40,841 bases of DNA from Bacteroidota bacterium (GCA_003648625.1 QMPO01000001.1:1-40841), one strand, 5' to 3'; counted from the stretch's first letter, positions 16,583 to 26,425 are shown. Notes: generated by a model not told the origin, from the letters alone. Numbers and translations: made by a program.

Positions 16583-18943
16583 ATGCATCTTTACAAGAAT
16601 CGGAATCATATGAAAACGACGCAACCTAATTTCAACATTTTCCTGATATTTATCTTGTTGTTTCCTTTTATCTTAAATGCCCAGGAAGCAACCGTGAGAG
16701 GGTTTGTATATGAAGAGGGATCAGGAGAACCGGCTATATTCTCGAATGTTTATTTGCAGGGGACAACATACGGCGCCTCGACAGATAACAACGGTTACTA
16801 TTTAATTTCCAGGATACCTCCCGGGGAATATTTGCTTATAGTAACCTATCTCGGTTTCGACACTATACAGATTCCCGTTACCTTACAACCGTCCATGATC
16901 ATCAATAAAAATTTCAGCCTGAAAGAATCGTCTATAAAGCTGGAAACCGTTGAGATCAATGCCGAACGAATTGAAGCCCGCACGGAAACAAAAACGTCCG
17001 TTGTGAAAGTAACACCCAAAGATATCAAGCAGATCCCTTCGGTTGGCGGGCAGGCCGACTTCGCACAGTATCTGCAAGTGGTACCCGGTGTGATCTTTAC
17101 AGGTGATCAGGGGGGGCAGTTCTATGTAAGAGGAGGCTCCCCGATTCAAAATAAGGTGATCCTGGACGGAATGACTATTTATAATCCGTTTCATTCCATC
17201 GGCTTATTTTCGGTATTGGAAACCGATGTTATCCGAAGTGCCGATGTTTATACCGGAGGGTTCAATGCCGAATATGGAGGAAGGATTTCCTCTATCATGG
17301 ACATTACATATAAAGACGGAAACAAAAAAAGGTTTTCAGGAGCTGTCGGAGCATCCACTTTTGGCGCCAGGGCTTTGCTTGAAGGGCCATTGTCAAAGCA
17401 AAAATCGCCAGAAAGCGGTAGTGCTTCCTTTATTCTTTCATATAAAGGTTCTTATCTTGAACAGACATCCAAATCACTCTATTCGTATGTGGATGAAGAC
17501 GGGCTTCCGTTCAATTTCAATGACTTTTACGGAAAAATTTCTCTAAACAGCGGAAATGGAAGTAAAGTCAGTTTTTTCGGCTTTAGTTTCAATGACAAAG
17601 TAAATAACTACAATGCCATTTCAAGTTACGGATGGAATTCATTTGGGGGAGGTGTTAATTTTGTAGTAATTCCCGGAAAATCGCCTATACTTATCGAAGG
17701 GGTCTTTGCCTATTCTCAGTATGAGAGTAATATAAGTTCAACAGCTTTAAATCAAAAACGCAGCCTCATCAACGGGTTTAATGGCGGCCTGGATTTTACC
17801 TACTTTTTAGGTAAAAACAGCCTGAAGTACGGTGTTGAACTGGAGGGCTACCGTACTGAATATGAGTTCAGCATGATTACGGGAGGAAGAAAAACCAATC
17901 TGACGGAAAACACCACACAATTGGGTTTGTATGTCAAATACAAAGCGATTGTAGGGAAATTCATCATCGAACCCGGTTTTCGTTTGCAATGGTATGCTTC
18001 TTTATCAGAGATTTCACCCGAACCCCGCTTATCAATAAAATATAATGTAACGGACAGGTTCAGGCTCAAATTTGCCGGGGGCATGTATACACAGAATTTT
18101 ATTGCCGCCACTTCCGATCGTGATGTGGTCAATTTGTTTTATGGTTTTCTCTCAGGCCCCGAAAACCTGCCTTCCACATACGATGGTAAAGATCTCAAAA
18201 CAAAGCTCCAGAAATCAGATCATCTGATCCTGGGTACCGAAATAGATTTGGGAAGATACATAAACCTGAACATTGAGGGTTATTATAAATATTATCCTCA
18301 GCTAACCAATATTAACCGCTTCAAACTATTTAACGAAGGAGATGCCCCCCCGGGAACCCCTGAAACACAGGTTAAGGATTTCATTGTTGAAAAAGGCGAT
18401 GCTTACGGTCTGGATTTATCAATGCAATACGATTATAAAAAGATATATATGTGGTTTGTTTACTCGCTGGGATTTGTACACAGGGAGTACGAAAATGTAC
18501 AGGGTGAGCTTGTGACCTACACGCCACACTTTGACAGGAGACATAATATAAACGTTATCTTTTCGTATGTTACCGGCCCTAAGAAACAGTGGGAGTTTAA
18601 TGTAAGATGGAACTTCGGAACCGGATTTCCCTTTACACAGGTTCAGGGGTTTTATGAGCACCTCGCACTTTCTGATGGCGTAAACAGCGACTACCCCAAT
18701 GAAAACGGTCAATTAGGGATTATTTACGGTGAGCTGTTCGGTGGCAGGTTACCTACATACCATCGGCTTGATATCGATATAAAAAAGAATTTCTACCTGG
18801 GAGCCCACACAAAATTTGTACTTGATCTGAGTGTTATCAATCTTTATAACCGGGAAAATATATTTTATATTGACCTGATCACAAATGAGATTGTATATCA
18901 GCTTCCCTTTATGCCAAGTCTTGGATTGAATTTCTATTTTTAA
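16583..18943 (+). CDS. TonB-dependent receptor with an N-terminal carboxypeptidase-regulatory-like domain (no SusD partner)
   Basis: The CarboxypepD_reg-like region is RGFVYEEGSGEPAIFSNVYLQGTTYGASTDNNGYYLISRIPPGEYLL. A plug region follows (VKVTPKDIKQIPS..GQADFAQYLQ.VPGV) and the C-terminus is aromatic (LNFYF). An alternative ATG lies at 16610. Confidence 0.8.
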   Translation: MHLYKNRNHMKTTQPNFNIFLIFILLFPFILNAQEATVRGFVYEEGSGEPAIFSNVYLQGTTYGASTDNNGYYLISRIPPGEYLLIVTYLGFDTIQIPVTLQPSMIINKNFSLKESSIKLETVEINAERIEARTETKTSVVKVTPKDIKQIPSVGGQADFAQYLQVVPGVIFTGDQGGQFYVRGGSPIQNKVILDGMTIYNPFHSIGLFSVLETDVIRSADVYTGGFNAEYGGRISSIMDITYKDGNKKRFSGAVGASTFGARALLEGPLSKQKSPESGSASFILSYKGSYLEQTSKSLYSYVDEDGLPFNFNDFYGKISLNSGNGSKVSFFGFSFNDKVNNYNAISSYGWNSFGGGVNFVVIPGKSPILIEGVFAYSQYESNISSTALNQKRSLINGFNGGLDFTYFLGKNSLKYGVELEGYRTEYEFSMITGGRKTNLTENTTQLGLYVKYKAIVGKFIIEPGFRLQWYASLSEISPEPRLSIKYNVTDRFRLKFAGGMYTQNFIAATSDRDVVNLFYGFLSGPENLPSTYDGKDLKTKLQKSDHLILGTEIDLGRYINLNIEGYYKYYPQLTNINRFKLFNEGDAPPGTPETQVKDFIVEKGDAYGLDLSMQYDYKKIYMWFVYSLGFVHREYENVQGELVTYTPHFDRRHNINVIFSYVTGPKKQWEFNVRWNFGTGFPFTQVQGFYEHLALSDGVNSDYPNENGQLGIIYGELFGGRLPTYHRLDIDIKKNFYLGAHTKFVLDLSVINLYNRENIFYIDLITNEIVYQLPFMPSLGLNFYF

Positions 18944-18961
18944 ACTCTAATACTTTCAACT

Positions 18962-21091
18962 ATGTACTTATTGAACAACCTGAAATGGTACTTTTTTCCT
19001 GTACTCGGCTTATTAATTTTTAACGGATGCACCCAACAAAAAGAGGAACCTATGAAAGCTCCTGTAGCAAAAAAAACAGAAAAAGTATTTGACGAACACG
19101 GCCATAAAAGAGTGGACAATTACTATTGGCTCAACCAACGTGATAATGCTGAAGTAATTAAATACCTGGAAGCTGAAAATGCTTATACCGACGAAATGCT
19201 GAAAGGAACGGAAAAACTCCAGGAAAAAATATATGAGGAAATCGTTTCGCGCATTAAGCAAACAGACATGTCTGTACCCTATACATTAAATGGATATACC
19301 TATTACACCCGCTATGAAGAAGGAAAAGAATACCCGATTTATTGTCGGAAAACCCTGACAACAGACGCTCCGGAAGAGGTAATGCTTGACGGAAATAAAA
19401 TGGCTGAGGGCCATGCTTTTTTTAGGATTGGAGGCTGGGATGTAAGTCCGGATAATGAACTGCTGGTGTACAGTGTGGATACTGTCAGCCGCAGAAAATA
19501 CACCCTGCACTTTAAGAATCTGAAAACGGGTGAAATTTATAAGGAGAATATTCCCAATACATCCGGAAATGTTACCTGGGCAAATGACAACAAAACCGTG
19601 TTTTATGCCATTAAAGATGAAACACTGCGCCCATATAAAATATTAAGGCACAGCTTAGGTCAGAATGTGAAAAACGATGATGTTGTGTATCATGAAACGG
19701 ACCCTACTTACAATACTTATGTTTATAAAACAAAATCGGAAAAATATCTTGTGATCGGGTCGGAAAGCACGCTCACATCTGAATACAGAATACTTGACGC
19801 TGCACAACCCGAAGGTGTATTCAAACTTTTCCAAAAAAGAACACACGGTATCGAATACGATATCTCTCACCAGGGAAACAGATGGTTGATAAGAACAAAC
19901 TACAAAGCCAAAAATTTCCGGCTGATGGAAACTCCTGAGAATAAGACTGAGCTGGACAACTGGACTGAAATAATTCCTAACAGGGATGATGTCTTATTTG
20001 AATATGTGAGTGTGTTTCAGAACTATTATGTGCTTGCTGAAAGGAAAAACGGACTTATCCGATTCAGGGTTTATGACACCAAAGAAAACAGCGACTATTA
20101 TATAGACTTTGATGAAGAAGACTATTATGCATACACATCAAACAATCCCGATTATTACAGTCAAAAACTGCGGTATGGATTTACTTCATTAAAAACACCT
20201 GAATCTGTGTATGACTATAACATGGTTACCCGCACTTCGGTTTTACTTAAGCAGCAGGAAGTTTTAGGTGGCTATGACCCGTCCGAGTATATTACGGAAA
20301 GGAAATATGCCCCTACGCGTGACGGAGTTAAGGTCCCAATCTCTATTGTTTACAAAAAAGGATTTAAAAAAGACGGTTCGCAACCGTTGATGCTCTATGG
20401 TTACGGTTCTTACGGTTATAGTGTTGAGTCATACTTCCGTTCTGCCCGTTTAAGTTTACTCGACCGGGGCTTTGCTTTTGCCATTGCACACGTCAGAGGT
20501 GGTGAGGAGTTGGGGAGGCAATGGTATGAAGACGGAAAACTTCTGAAAAAGAAAAATACCTTTTTTGACTTCATCGACTGTGCCAACTATTTAATTGAAA
20601 ATAAATATACATCTTCCAATAAAATATTTGCCTACGGCGGAAGCGCCGGCGGTTTGCTGGTCGGAGCCGTGGTCAATTACGAGCCACAACTTTTCGAAGG
20701 CGTTATTGCCGCTGTTCCTTTTGTAGATGTAGTTACTACCATGCTTGATGAGCGTATTCCGCTAACAACCGGTGAGTATGATGAATGGGGCGACCCGAAC
20801 GAAAAAGAATATTATGAATATATGCTATCGTATTCACCGTACGACAATGTGGAAGCAAAAGCATACCCAAACATGTTGGTGACCACGGGGCTGCACGACA
20901 GCCAGGTGCAATACTGGGAGCCTGCCAAATGGGTGGCCAAACTACGTGACATGAAAACGGATGACAATCTGCTGTTACTCAAGACTAATATGGATTTTGG
21001 CCACGGAGGAGCTTCCGGTAGATTTGAAACCTATAAAGAAACAGCTCTGGAATATGCCTTTATGCTTTATCTGCTGGGGGTTAACCAATAG
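18962..21091 (+). CDS. ptrB: S9 family serine peptidase, oligopeptidase B-like lipoprotein
   Basis: The N-terminus HGHKRVDNYYWLNQRDNAEVIKYLEAENAYT is typical of the family. Catalytic Ser in GGSAGGLLVG, and His in DFGHGG. The lipobox reads LIFNGC. The gene starts 18 nt after the receptor gene. Confidence 0.8.
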   Translation: MYLLNNLKWYFFPVLGLLIFNGCTQQKEEPMKAPVAKKTEKVFDEHGHKRVDNYYWLNQRDNAEVIKYLEAENAYTDEMLKGTEKLQEKIYEEIVSRIKQTDMSVPYTLNGYTYYTRYEEGKEYPIYCRKTLTTDAPEEVMLDGNKMAEGHAFFRIGGWDVSPDNELLVYSVDTVSRRKYTLHFKNLKTGEIYKENIPNTSGNVTWANDNKTVFYAIKDETLRPYKILRHSLGQNVKNDDVVYHETDPTYNTYVYKTKSEKYLVIGSESTLTSEYRILDAAQPEGVFKLFQKRTHGIEYDISHQGNRWLIRTNYKAKNFRLMETPENKTELDNWTEIIPNRDDVLFEYVSVFQNYYVLAERKNGLIRFRVYDTKENSDYYIDFDEEDYYAYTSNNPDYYSQKLRYGFTSLKTPESVYDYNMVTRTSVLLKQQEVLGGYDPSEYITERKYAPTRDGVKVPISIVYKKGFKKDGSQPLMLYGYGSYGYSVESYFRSARLSLLDRGFAFAIAHVRGGEELGRQWYEDGKLLKKKNTFFDFIDCANYLIENKYTSSNKIFAYGGSAGGLLVGAVVNYEPQLFEGVIAAVPFVDVVTTMLDERIPLTTGEYDEWGDPNEKEYYEYMLSYSPYDNVEAKAYPNMLVTTGLHDSQVQYWEPAKWVAKLRDMKTDDNLLLLKTNMDFGHGGASGRFETYKETALEYAFMLYLLGVNQ

Positions 21092-21095
21092 ATTT

Positions 21096-21830
21096 TCAAC
21101 TGTGTTCCTGCTCAATGCTTTTTTCCTGAATCTCCAATCTAAAGCCAATTCCGTGAACGTTAATGATCTTTACATCCGGGTCGGAGTTTAAGTATTTTCT
21201 AAGTTTGGTGATAAATACATCCATGCTGCGCCCGATAAAATAGTCATTCTCACCCCATATTTTTTCCAGTGCTTCTTCACGTGGCAGCAGCGTGTTTTTA
21301 TTCATACAAAGCAATTTGAGCAATTCCGATTCCTTTTTTGTCAGTTTCTTTTCTTCCTCCTCACTTTTCAGCAAAAGGTTATTACTGTCGAATGTAAACT
21401 TCCCGATCTCAAATTCCTCATCGATTTTAGCATCCAGCATCTTTGCGGCAGCACAACGGCGTAAGATAGCTTTTATTCTCAGATTCAGCTCCTCCGTACT
21501 GAACGGTTTTGTTATATAGTCGTCACAGCCATACTGAAATCCCTGAATACGGTCTTCCTTAAGATTTCTGGCAGTTAAAAAGATAATCGGAACATTATGC
21601 TTCCTGGCTCTGATTTCTTTCGCTAAAGTAAAGCCGTCTTTTTTGGGCATCATCACGTCCAGCAGGATCAGGTCATACTCATTCTTATGAAATAGTTTGA
21701 AACCAACTTCACCGTCTTTGGCAAGGTCAACATGATAACCCACCATTTCCAGATAATCCTGTAAGATCATGCTTAAGTTTGCGTCATCTTCGACGAATAA
21801 TATGCGTGTTTTTTCTTTTTCTTCTTGCAT
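21096..21830 (-). CDS. OmpR/PhoB-family response regulator (receiver plus winged helix)
   Basis: ILFVEDD...LLDVMMPKKDGF...IFLTA is the receiver domain. The C-terminus LTKKESELLKLL...RSMDVFITKLRKYL...VHGIGFRL is the winged-helix domain. Confidence 0.85.
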   Translation of the reverse strand: MQEEKEKTRILFVEDDANLSMILQDYLEMVGYHVDLAKDGEVGFKLFHKNEYDLILLDVMMPKKDGFTLAKEIRARKHNVPIIFLTARNLKEDRIQGFQYGCDDYITKPFSTEELNLRIKAILRRCAAAKMLDAKIDEEFEIGKFTFDSNNLLLKSEEEEKKLTKKESELLKLLCMNKNTLLPREEALEKIWGENDYFIGRSMDVFITKLRKYLNSDPDVKIINVHGIGFRLEIQEKSIEQEHS

Positions 21831-21832
21831 CT

Positions 21833-23110
21833 TTATTGTATTTTAAAAGGTAAAAAGAGATTGAATTTAGAACCTGCACCCACCTGACTGATTACATTAA
21901 TATGCCCTCTATGCTGATCGACAACGGTCTTAACGTAGTACAACCCCAACCCAAACCCTCTTGTTTCCTGAATGTTTCCGGTGGGTACACGGTACAGGTT
22001 CTTAAAAATTTCCTTTTGGTATTCTTTTTTTATTCCGATACCGTTATCTTCCACCCTGATCATGATGCCGTTATCAACGTTCCATGTGCTTATCTTAATA
22101 ACAGGATTATCGGGTGAATATTTGATTGCATTGTCGACCAGGTTAAAAAAAACATTCTGAAGATGCTCCTTATCGCCAATAATATTATGATTTTTAGCAG
22201 TCAGATGTGTCTCCAGAATAACATTGTTTTCCTTTATTCTTAAATCGAAACTCGCGATAACGTTGTTTATTAGTTTATGTACATCCACTTTCAACAAATG
22301 GTATTTTATCCTGCCTAGTTCAAGTGCTGCCAACTGCAGCATTTGTTCCAGCTGATTTTGTAATCTGTGGTTTTCATCCAAAATCACCTTGGCGTATTTT
22401 TTTATTTTCCCGGGATTATGTTCAATCTCGGGTCGTAATAGCATCTCGGCAGCTAATGAGGACGTTGCGATAGGTGTTTTGAATTCATGCGTCAGGTTAT
22501 TGATAAAATCGTTTTTTAATTCCGATAGTTTTTTCTGGCGCAAGATGGTAAAGATTACAGAAACAAAGGTGACAATAAGAATTACAACAAAAACAATGGA
22601 CAGCACCAGCCACAACTCCATCTGATGTATCAGGTGATGCATTTTCCCCGGAAAATAAATAGTCAGATAGTAATTGCCGGGTTTGTATAAGCCAGCTACT
22701 GAGAACTGAAACTTTGATTCTGCCAATTGTTTTTCAAATCCCTCATACTTTCCGGTGACAAACTTGTTGCTTCCCCTTTTGTACAAAGCATAGTAATAAT
22801 TGCTGTCAATCGCCATGGATCCCAGTTCATCATGCATTAATGAATCCAGTTGTTCCGGAATAATAATATCAGTAACATCCAGCTTTGTCTTACGACATTT
22901 TAAAATGGCCATGTTTTGTCTGAAAACCGAATCGTTTTTTTGATCAAGAAACTGGTTTAAGACAGTTTTTACAGCAATCCGTACACTATTATCAAACTGT
23001 TCCTCCTTTAACGCGTACGCCTTTTTCACCCAGTACAATTGTGTAAGCACAATCCCAACCAAAGACGTGGCAGCAAGAGCAATAATCAATATAACGGCTT
23101 TCTTTTTCAT
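21833..23110 (-). CDS. Sensor histidine kinase (two transmembrane segments, HisKA, HATPase_c)
   Basis: H-box HEFKTPI, N-box DNAIKYS, G1 DNGIGI, G2 GFGLGL. The stop lies 2 nt upstream of the response regulator start. Confidence 0.85.
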   Translation of the reverse strand: MKKKAVILIIALAATSLVGIVLTQLYWVKKAYALKEEQFDNSVRIAVKTVLNQFLDQKNDSVFRQNMAILKCRKTKLDVTDIIIPEQLDSLMHDELGSMAIDSNYYYALYKRGSNKFVTGKYEGFEKQLAESKFQFSVAGLYKPGNYYLTIYFPGKMHHLIHQMELWLVLSIVFVVILIVTFVSVIFTILRQKKLSELKNDFINNLTHEFKTPIATSSLAAEMLLRPEIEHNPGKIKKYAKVILDENHRLQNQLEQMLQLAALELGRIKYHLLKVDVHKLINNVIASFDLRIKENNVILETHLTAKNHNIIGDKEHLQNVFFNLVDNAIKYSPDNPVIKISTWNVDNGIMIRVEDNGIGIKKEYQKEIFKNLYRVPTGNIQETRGFGLGLYYVKTVVDQHRGHINVISQVGAGSKFNLFLPFKIQ

Positions 23111-23120
23111 AAAACTTATT

Positions 23121-23128
23121 CAAATTTA
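23121..23128 (-). promoter_or_regulatory. Candidate -7 box (TAAATTTG) for the kinase-regulator operon
   Basis: Exact TAnnTTTG match on the minus strand, only 11 nt upstream of the ATG at 23110, so the transcript would be nearly leaderless. Confidence 0.3.
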
Positions 23129-23156
23129 GCCTTTGAAACAGAGCATCACATACAAA

Positions 23157-23194
23157 TTAACAAATAGTTAACAGTTTTTAACACGCACTTAACA
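23157..23194 (+). promoter_or_regulatory. Four direct TTAACA repeats at 10-11-bp phasing; candidate response-regulator binding array
   Basis: TTAACA occurs at 23157, 23168, 23178 and 23189 (spacings 11, 10, 11). The array ends 22 nt upstream of the -7 box at 23216-23223. Confidence 0.45.
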
Positions 23195-23215
23195 CAGCTG
23201 TTGTATTTTCCCATC

Positions 23216-23223
23216 TATTTTTG
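23216..23223 (+). promoter_or_regulatory. Candidate -7 box (TATTTTTG) for the small secreted protein gene
   Basis: Exact TAnnTTTG match, 40 nt upstream of the ATG at 23263. Confidence 0.4.
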
Positions 23224-23262
23224 TTGTGAAAGATAATACTAACTGAAAGAGAAATAAATAAT

Positions 23263-23499
23263 ATGAAGAAAAAAATAGCAGCATTAAGTTTTAGTTTGAT
23301 TTTTTTTGGAGCCATAACATTCTCCGGTTTGGCTATGACAACTGGTTTAACCGATACGAATCAGGTTATTGATAAAGATAAAGACAAAAAAGCAAAAAAG
23401 TCTAAAAAAAGCGAATGCAAAAATGAGAAATCGTGTTGTGATTATAAGAAAGTTGACAAATCATGTGACGATAAAAACAAAGGAGAAGACGACAAATAA
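23263..23499 (+). CDS. Small secreted Lys/Asp/Cys-rich protein (78 aa), unknown function
   Basis: It has a signal peptide (MKKKIAALSFSLIFFGAITFSGLA), its own promoter box and a strong downstream terminator. The mature part is highly charged and contains 5 Cys. Confidence 0.55.
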   Translation: MKKKIAALSFSLIFFGAITFSGLAMTTGLTDTNQVIDKDKDKKAKKSKKSECKNEKSCCDYKKVDKSCDDKNKGEDDK

Positions 23500-23530
23500 T
23501 AACTTTTTCATTAATTAATTTGGTTTGAAG

Positions 23531-23561
23531 CCCTGCCAGCAATATGCTGCAGGGTTTTTTT
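23531..23561 (+). terminator. Rho-independent terminator after the small protein gene
   Basis: CCCTG-C-CAGCA ata TGCTG-CAGGG hairpin followed by an 8-T run. Confidence 0.7.
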
Positions 23562-23581
23562 ATTCTCTCCCATGTTTCAAT

Positions 23582-26341
23582 TTAGCGGACTATAAGTTTT
23601 TTCACGCCTGTTTTACCTCCATTTTCCACCTTTAAAAAATACATCCCGGGGCGAATTCCTTCAATACTTGCATTAACGTAGTTTACCCCTTTGCTGAGTT
23701 GCGTTCTGGCTATTTCTTTTACTTTCATGCCTGTAATATCAAACAGACTCATGTTGAGAGTTCCTCCTTTCTCAGTTTCTACTCTTATATGCACCTCTGA
23801 TGTTGCCGGATTGGGATAAAGTTCAATCTTCAGGTCATCTACAGAGGCTTTTTCTTCATTTATTCCAACATATTCAGGCGCTGACAGTTTTTTGCTGGTA
23901 TATAATCTATACTCTCCGGCCTGCAGTAACACCAATTCATTTACATTGGTTACTTCAATCGAATCTCCGGTCCAGTACTCATACCATGTTCCTGTAAAAT
24001 AAAAATCAGGATCAATTTCTGCTTCTGCAACATCGAAATTACCCAGCACAACAACTGACATATCAGGCGTTGTAAGTTTTACTTTTTTTACTGCCCCACG
24101 CACATCCAGTTCAAAATCTTCTGTTTTAAACACATCAAGATTTTTCTTCAGATCGATCAACGATGCATAGGTATAATATAAGCTGCGCCGCTTCCAACTT
24201 TCCATGTAATCCCATCTCGGAGGTTTCTCTCCTACCCTTCCGTTGTAGTTAATCGTATAATCATAACCGCGCTCACCAAACTGCCAGATCATTTTCGGTC
24301 CCGGGATGGTAAAGAAGAAATTAGCCGCAAGCGCTTCACGCTGCAATGCCGTTACCGTATCCTTGATGTCATAATTTCCGGATGAATTCCCGAAAGAGAT
24401 GTTCTTAAACATCAGTCTTTCTTCATCGTGGCTTTCCATATATCCTACCACATGCGGTTCATCCCAGCCACGTTTTTGATACGAAATCCATGAAAAATCG
24501 GATTTTCCGCTGTCATTATAACCCATGGTAGCTTCGTTGTAATTATAATTCGAGTTACCCCAAAGCAGCATTCCGTTACCAGATAGTGTTTTTTCTTCAC
24601 TGTTGGCGGCAAAATGTTCAAGAATTACATAGGCATCCGGATCGTAAGACCAGATGACATTTGCCATGCGTGTCAGGATATTAATACGCGACTGGTCATA
24701 ACCACCACCATCACCCGGCGTATTGGTAAATCCTTTTGTAAAATCAAACCGGAAGCCATCCACTCTGTATTCTTCAATCCAATACCTGTTTACGCGGTCC
24801 ACAAAATTCCTGGTATCCTGACTTTCGTGGTTAAAATCACTGCCCCAGCTAAAAACCGGATTGGGTGACACGGTATTAAACCAGGGATTGTTAGCTGCCG
24901 GTCTGTTGTTTGTAGCATCCCAGTACATCATCACCAAAGGGCAGGTATTGTAGGCATGGTTCAGTACCATATCCATTACAACAGCAAATCCCCGGCTGTG
25001 ACACTCGTCGATAAAAGCCTTTACCGTATTTTTCGGGCCATAATATTTGTCGGGAGCAAAGTAATAGTTGGGGTTGTACCCCCAGCTCGAGTTACCTTCA
25101 AATTCACTGAACGGCATTATTTCAATCACATTAACACCCAGTCTTTCCAAATAGTCAAGTGTATCTTTTAAGGCAGCAAACGTGTGGTTGCCGGTAAAGT
25201 CACGTACCAGCAGTTCATAAACCACCATATCTGTTATTTCTGGACGAGTGAAATCATCAGTTTCCCATGAATATTCTGTTTGTGCTGTTTGAAAAACCGT
25301 GGCTATCCCGGTGGTTTTCCCTTCCGGATATGTCAGCATGTTCGGGTAAGTTGCTGCGGTAATCCATTTGTCGTTCCATGGGTCACTTACTTTATCAGCA
25401 TAGATATCACCAACACGAATATCCCCGTCAATAAAGTACTGGTAAATATATTCTCTGCCCGGTTCCAGATTGTTTATCTCTATCCAATAGCGTTTGCTGT
25501 CAACAGAGCGTTTCATATAATAATCGTCCTCAAGTTCCCAATTACTGAAATCACCTACAGCAAAAACAAATTCTTTTTCAGGAGCATAAAGGCTCAGGAT
25601 TACAGTTTGATCATCGATGTAATTAATACCGTCTGTTATTCCTTCGGGAGGGTCTTCTATTACCAAAGGAGGCCTGACAAAATAATAAAATGAGTCGGCC
25701 ACACTTTCCATACTGTTAACAGCAATTGCTTTCACCCAGGTTTTACCCGTGTTTTCAACAACAATATCATAAGAAAAGCTGCTTCCGGTATCGGCATACA
25801 CCTGTTGCTCTCCAACATACAGGAATGTAGAATCTGCTTCACTGCTGTTACCCTCTACATGGATAATATCCTCGGTTTCGACAATAACCGGAAATTCCTC
25901 AGGCAAGGTAATCTGAATGGCCAGGCCTTCTTCGTAAACGGGATAAAAGATATCGGGATACGTTTGCTGGCTGGCATCGGCACTCCTGAAAACAAAACAT
26001 AATTCGCTGATAACTTCTGATAAATCAACATTATAAAATGTACGTATTGAAGGTGTAATCTCAAGCTGGTAAAGGTTAGCTCCCGTCTGTGTCAGCTTAG
26101 GCTGTGTGTTGTTATCTCCCCAACTGCCAATTACATTTTGCCAGTTTGTACCGTTAACTGTCACGCCGGTATGCGCATATACATCACCCGAATACCCTTC
26201 AAGGCCTGTTCCGGTAGTATTTAATGTAATTGTTACTGCTGCGTCAGCTGTTGGGAACGGCGGATCAACAATAATTACCTGGGCATTAACTGATAATCCT
26301 GTAAGAAAGCAAATTATTAGTACGGAAAGTTTTTGTAGCAT
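23582..26341 (-). CDS. GH13 alpha-glucan hydrolase (amylase/pullulanase-like, with a CBM48-like module), T9SS cargo
   Basis: GH13 regions are present: VVMDMVLNHA, VDGFRFDFTKG, VILEHF, YMESHDEE. A CBM48-like region precedes them (FAVGDFSNWE...YQYFIDG). A signal peptide is present. The C-terminus LYPNPATSEVHIRV...GMYFLKV...KLIVR is a T9SS sorting domain. Confidence 0.8.
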   Translation of the reverse strand: MLQKLSVLIICFLTGLSVNAQVIIVDPPFPTADAAVTITLNTTGTGLEGYSGDVYAHTGVTVNGTNWQNVIGSWGDNNTQPKLTQTGANLYQLEITPSIRTFYNVDLSEVISELCFVFRSADASQQTYPDIFYPVYEEGLAIQITLPEEFPVIVETEDIIHVEGNSSEADSTFLYVGEQQVYADTGSSFSYDIVVENTGKTWVKAIAVNSMESVADSFYYFVRPPLVIEDPPEGITDGINYIDDQTVILSLYAPEKEFVFAVGDFSNWELEDDYYMKRSVDSKRYWIEINNLEPGREYIYQYFIDGDIRVGDIYADKVSDPWNDKWITAATYPNMLTYPEGKTTGIATVFQTAQTEYSWETDDFTRPEITDMVVYELLVRDFTGNHTFAALKDTLDYLERLGVNVIEIMPFSEFEGNSSWGYNPNYYFAPDKYYGPKNTVKAFIDECHSRGFAVVMDMVLNHAYNTCPLVMMYWDATNNRPAANNPWFNTVSPNPVFSWGSDFNHESQDTRNFVDRVNRYWIEEYRVDGFRFDFTKGFTNTPGDGGGYDQSRINILTRMANVIWSYDPDAYVILEHFAANSEEKTLSGNGMLLWGNSNYNYNEATMGYNDSGKSDFSWISYQKRGWDEPHVVGYMESHDEERLMFKNISFGNSSGNYDIKDTVTALQREALAANFFFTIPGPKMIWQFGERGYDYTINYNGRVGEKPPRWDYMESWKRRSLYYTYASLIDLKKNLDVFKTEDFELDVRGAVKKVKLTTPDMSVVVLGNFDVAEAEIDPDFYFTGTWYEYWTGDSIEVTNVNELVLLQAGEYRLYTSKKLSAPEYVGINEEKASVDDLKIELYPNPATSEVHIRVETEKGGTLNMSLFDITGMKVKEIARTQLSKGVNYVNASIEGIRPGMYFLKVENGGKTGVKKLIVR

Positions 26342-26367
26342 CTTATTTCGTTTTTAATTTTCAGGTG

Positions 26368-26375
26368 CAAAAGTA
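26368..26375 (-). promoter_or_regulatory. Candidate -7 box (TACTTTTG) for the GH13-T9SS gene
   Basis: Exact TAnnTTTG match on the minus strand, 27 nt upstream of the ATG at 26341 and downstream of the terminator at 26394-26425. Confidence 0.45.
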
Positions 26376-26393
26376 GCTGAAACTTTATAAGGA

Positions 26394-26425
26394 TATAAAA
26401 AAACTGCCCCGATTGGGGCAGTTTT
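26394..26425 (-). terminator. Rho-independent terminator after the multi-CBM gene
   Basis: The minus strand reads CTGCCCC-aatc-GGGGCAG followed by TTTTTTT. It lies 24 nt after the stop at 26449. Confidence 0.75.
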
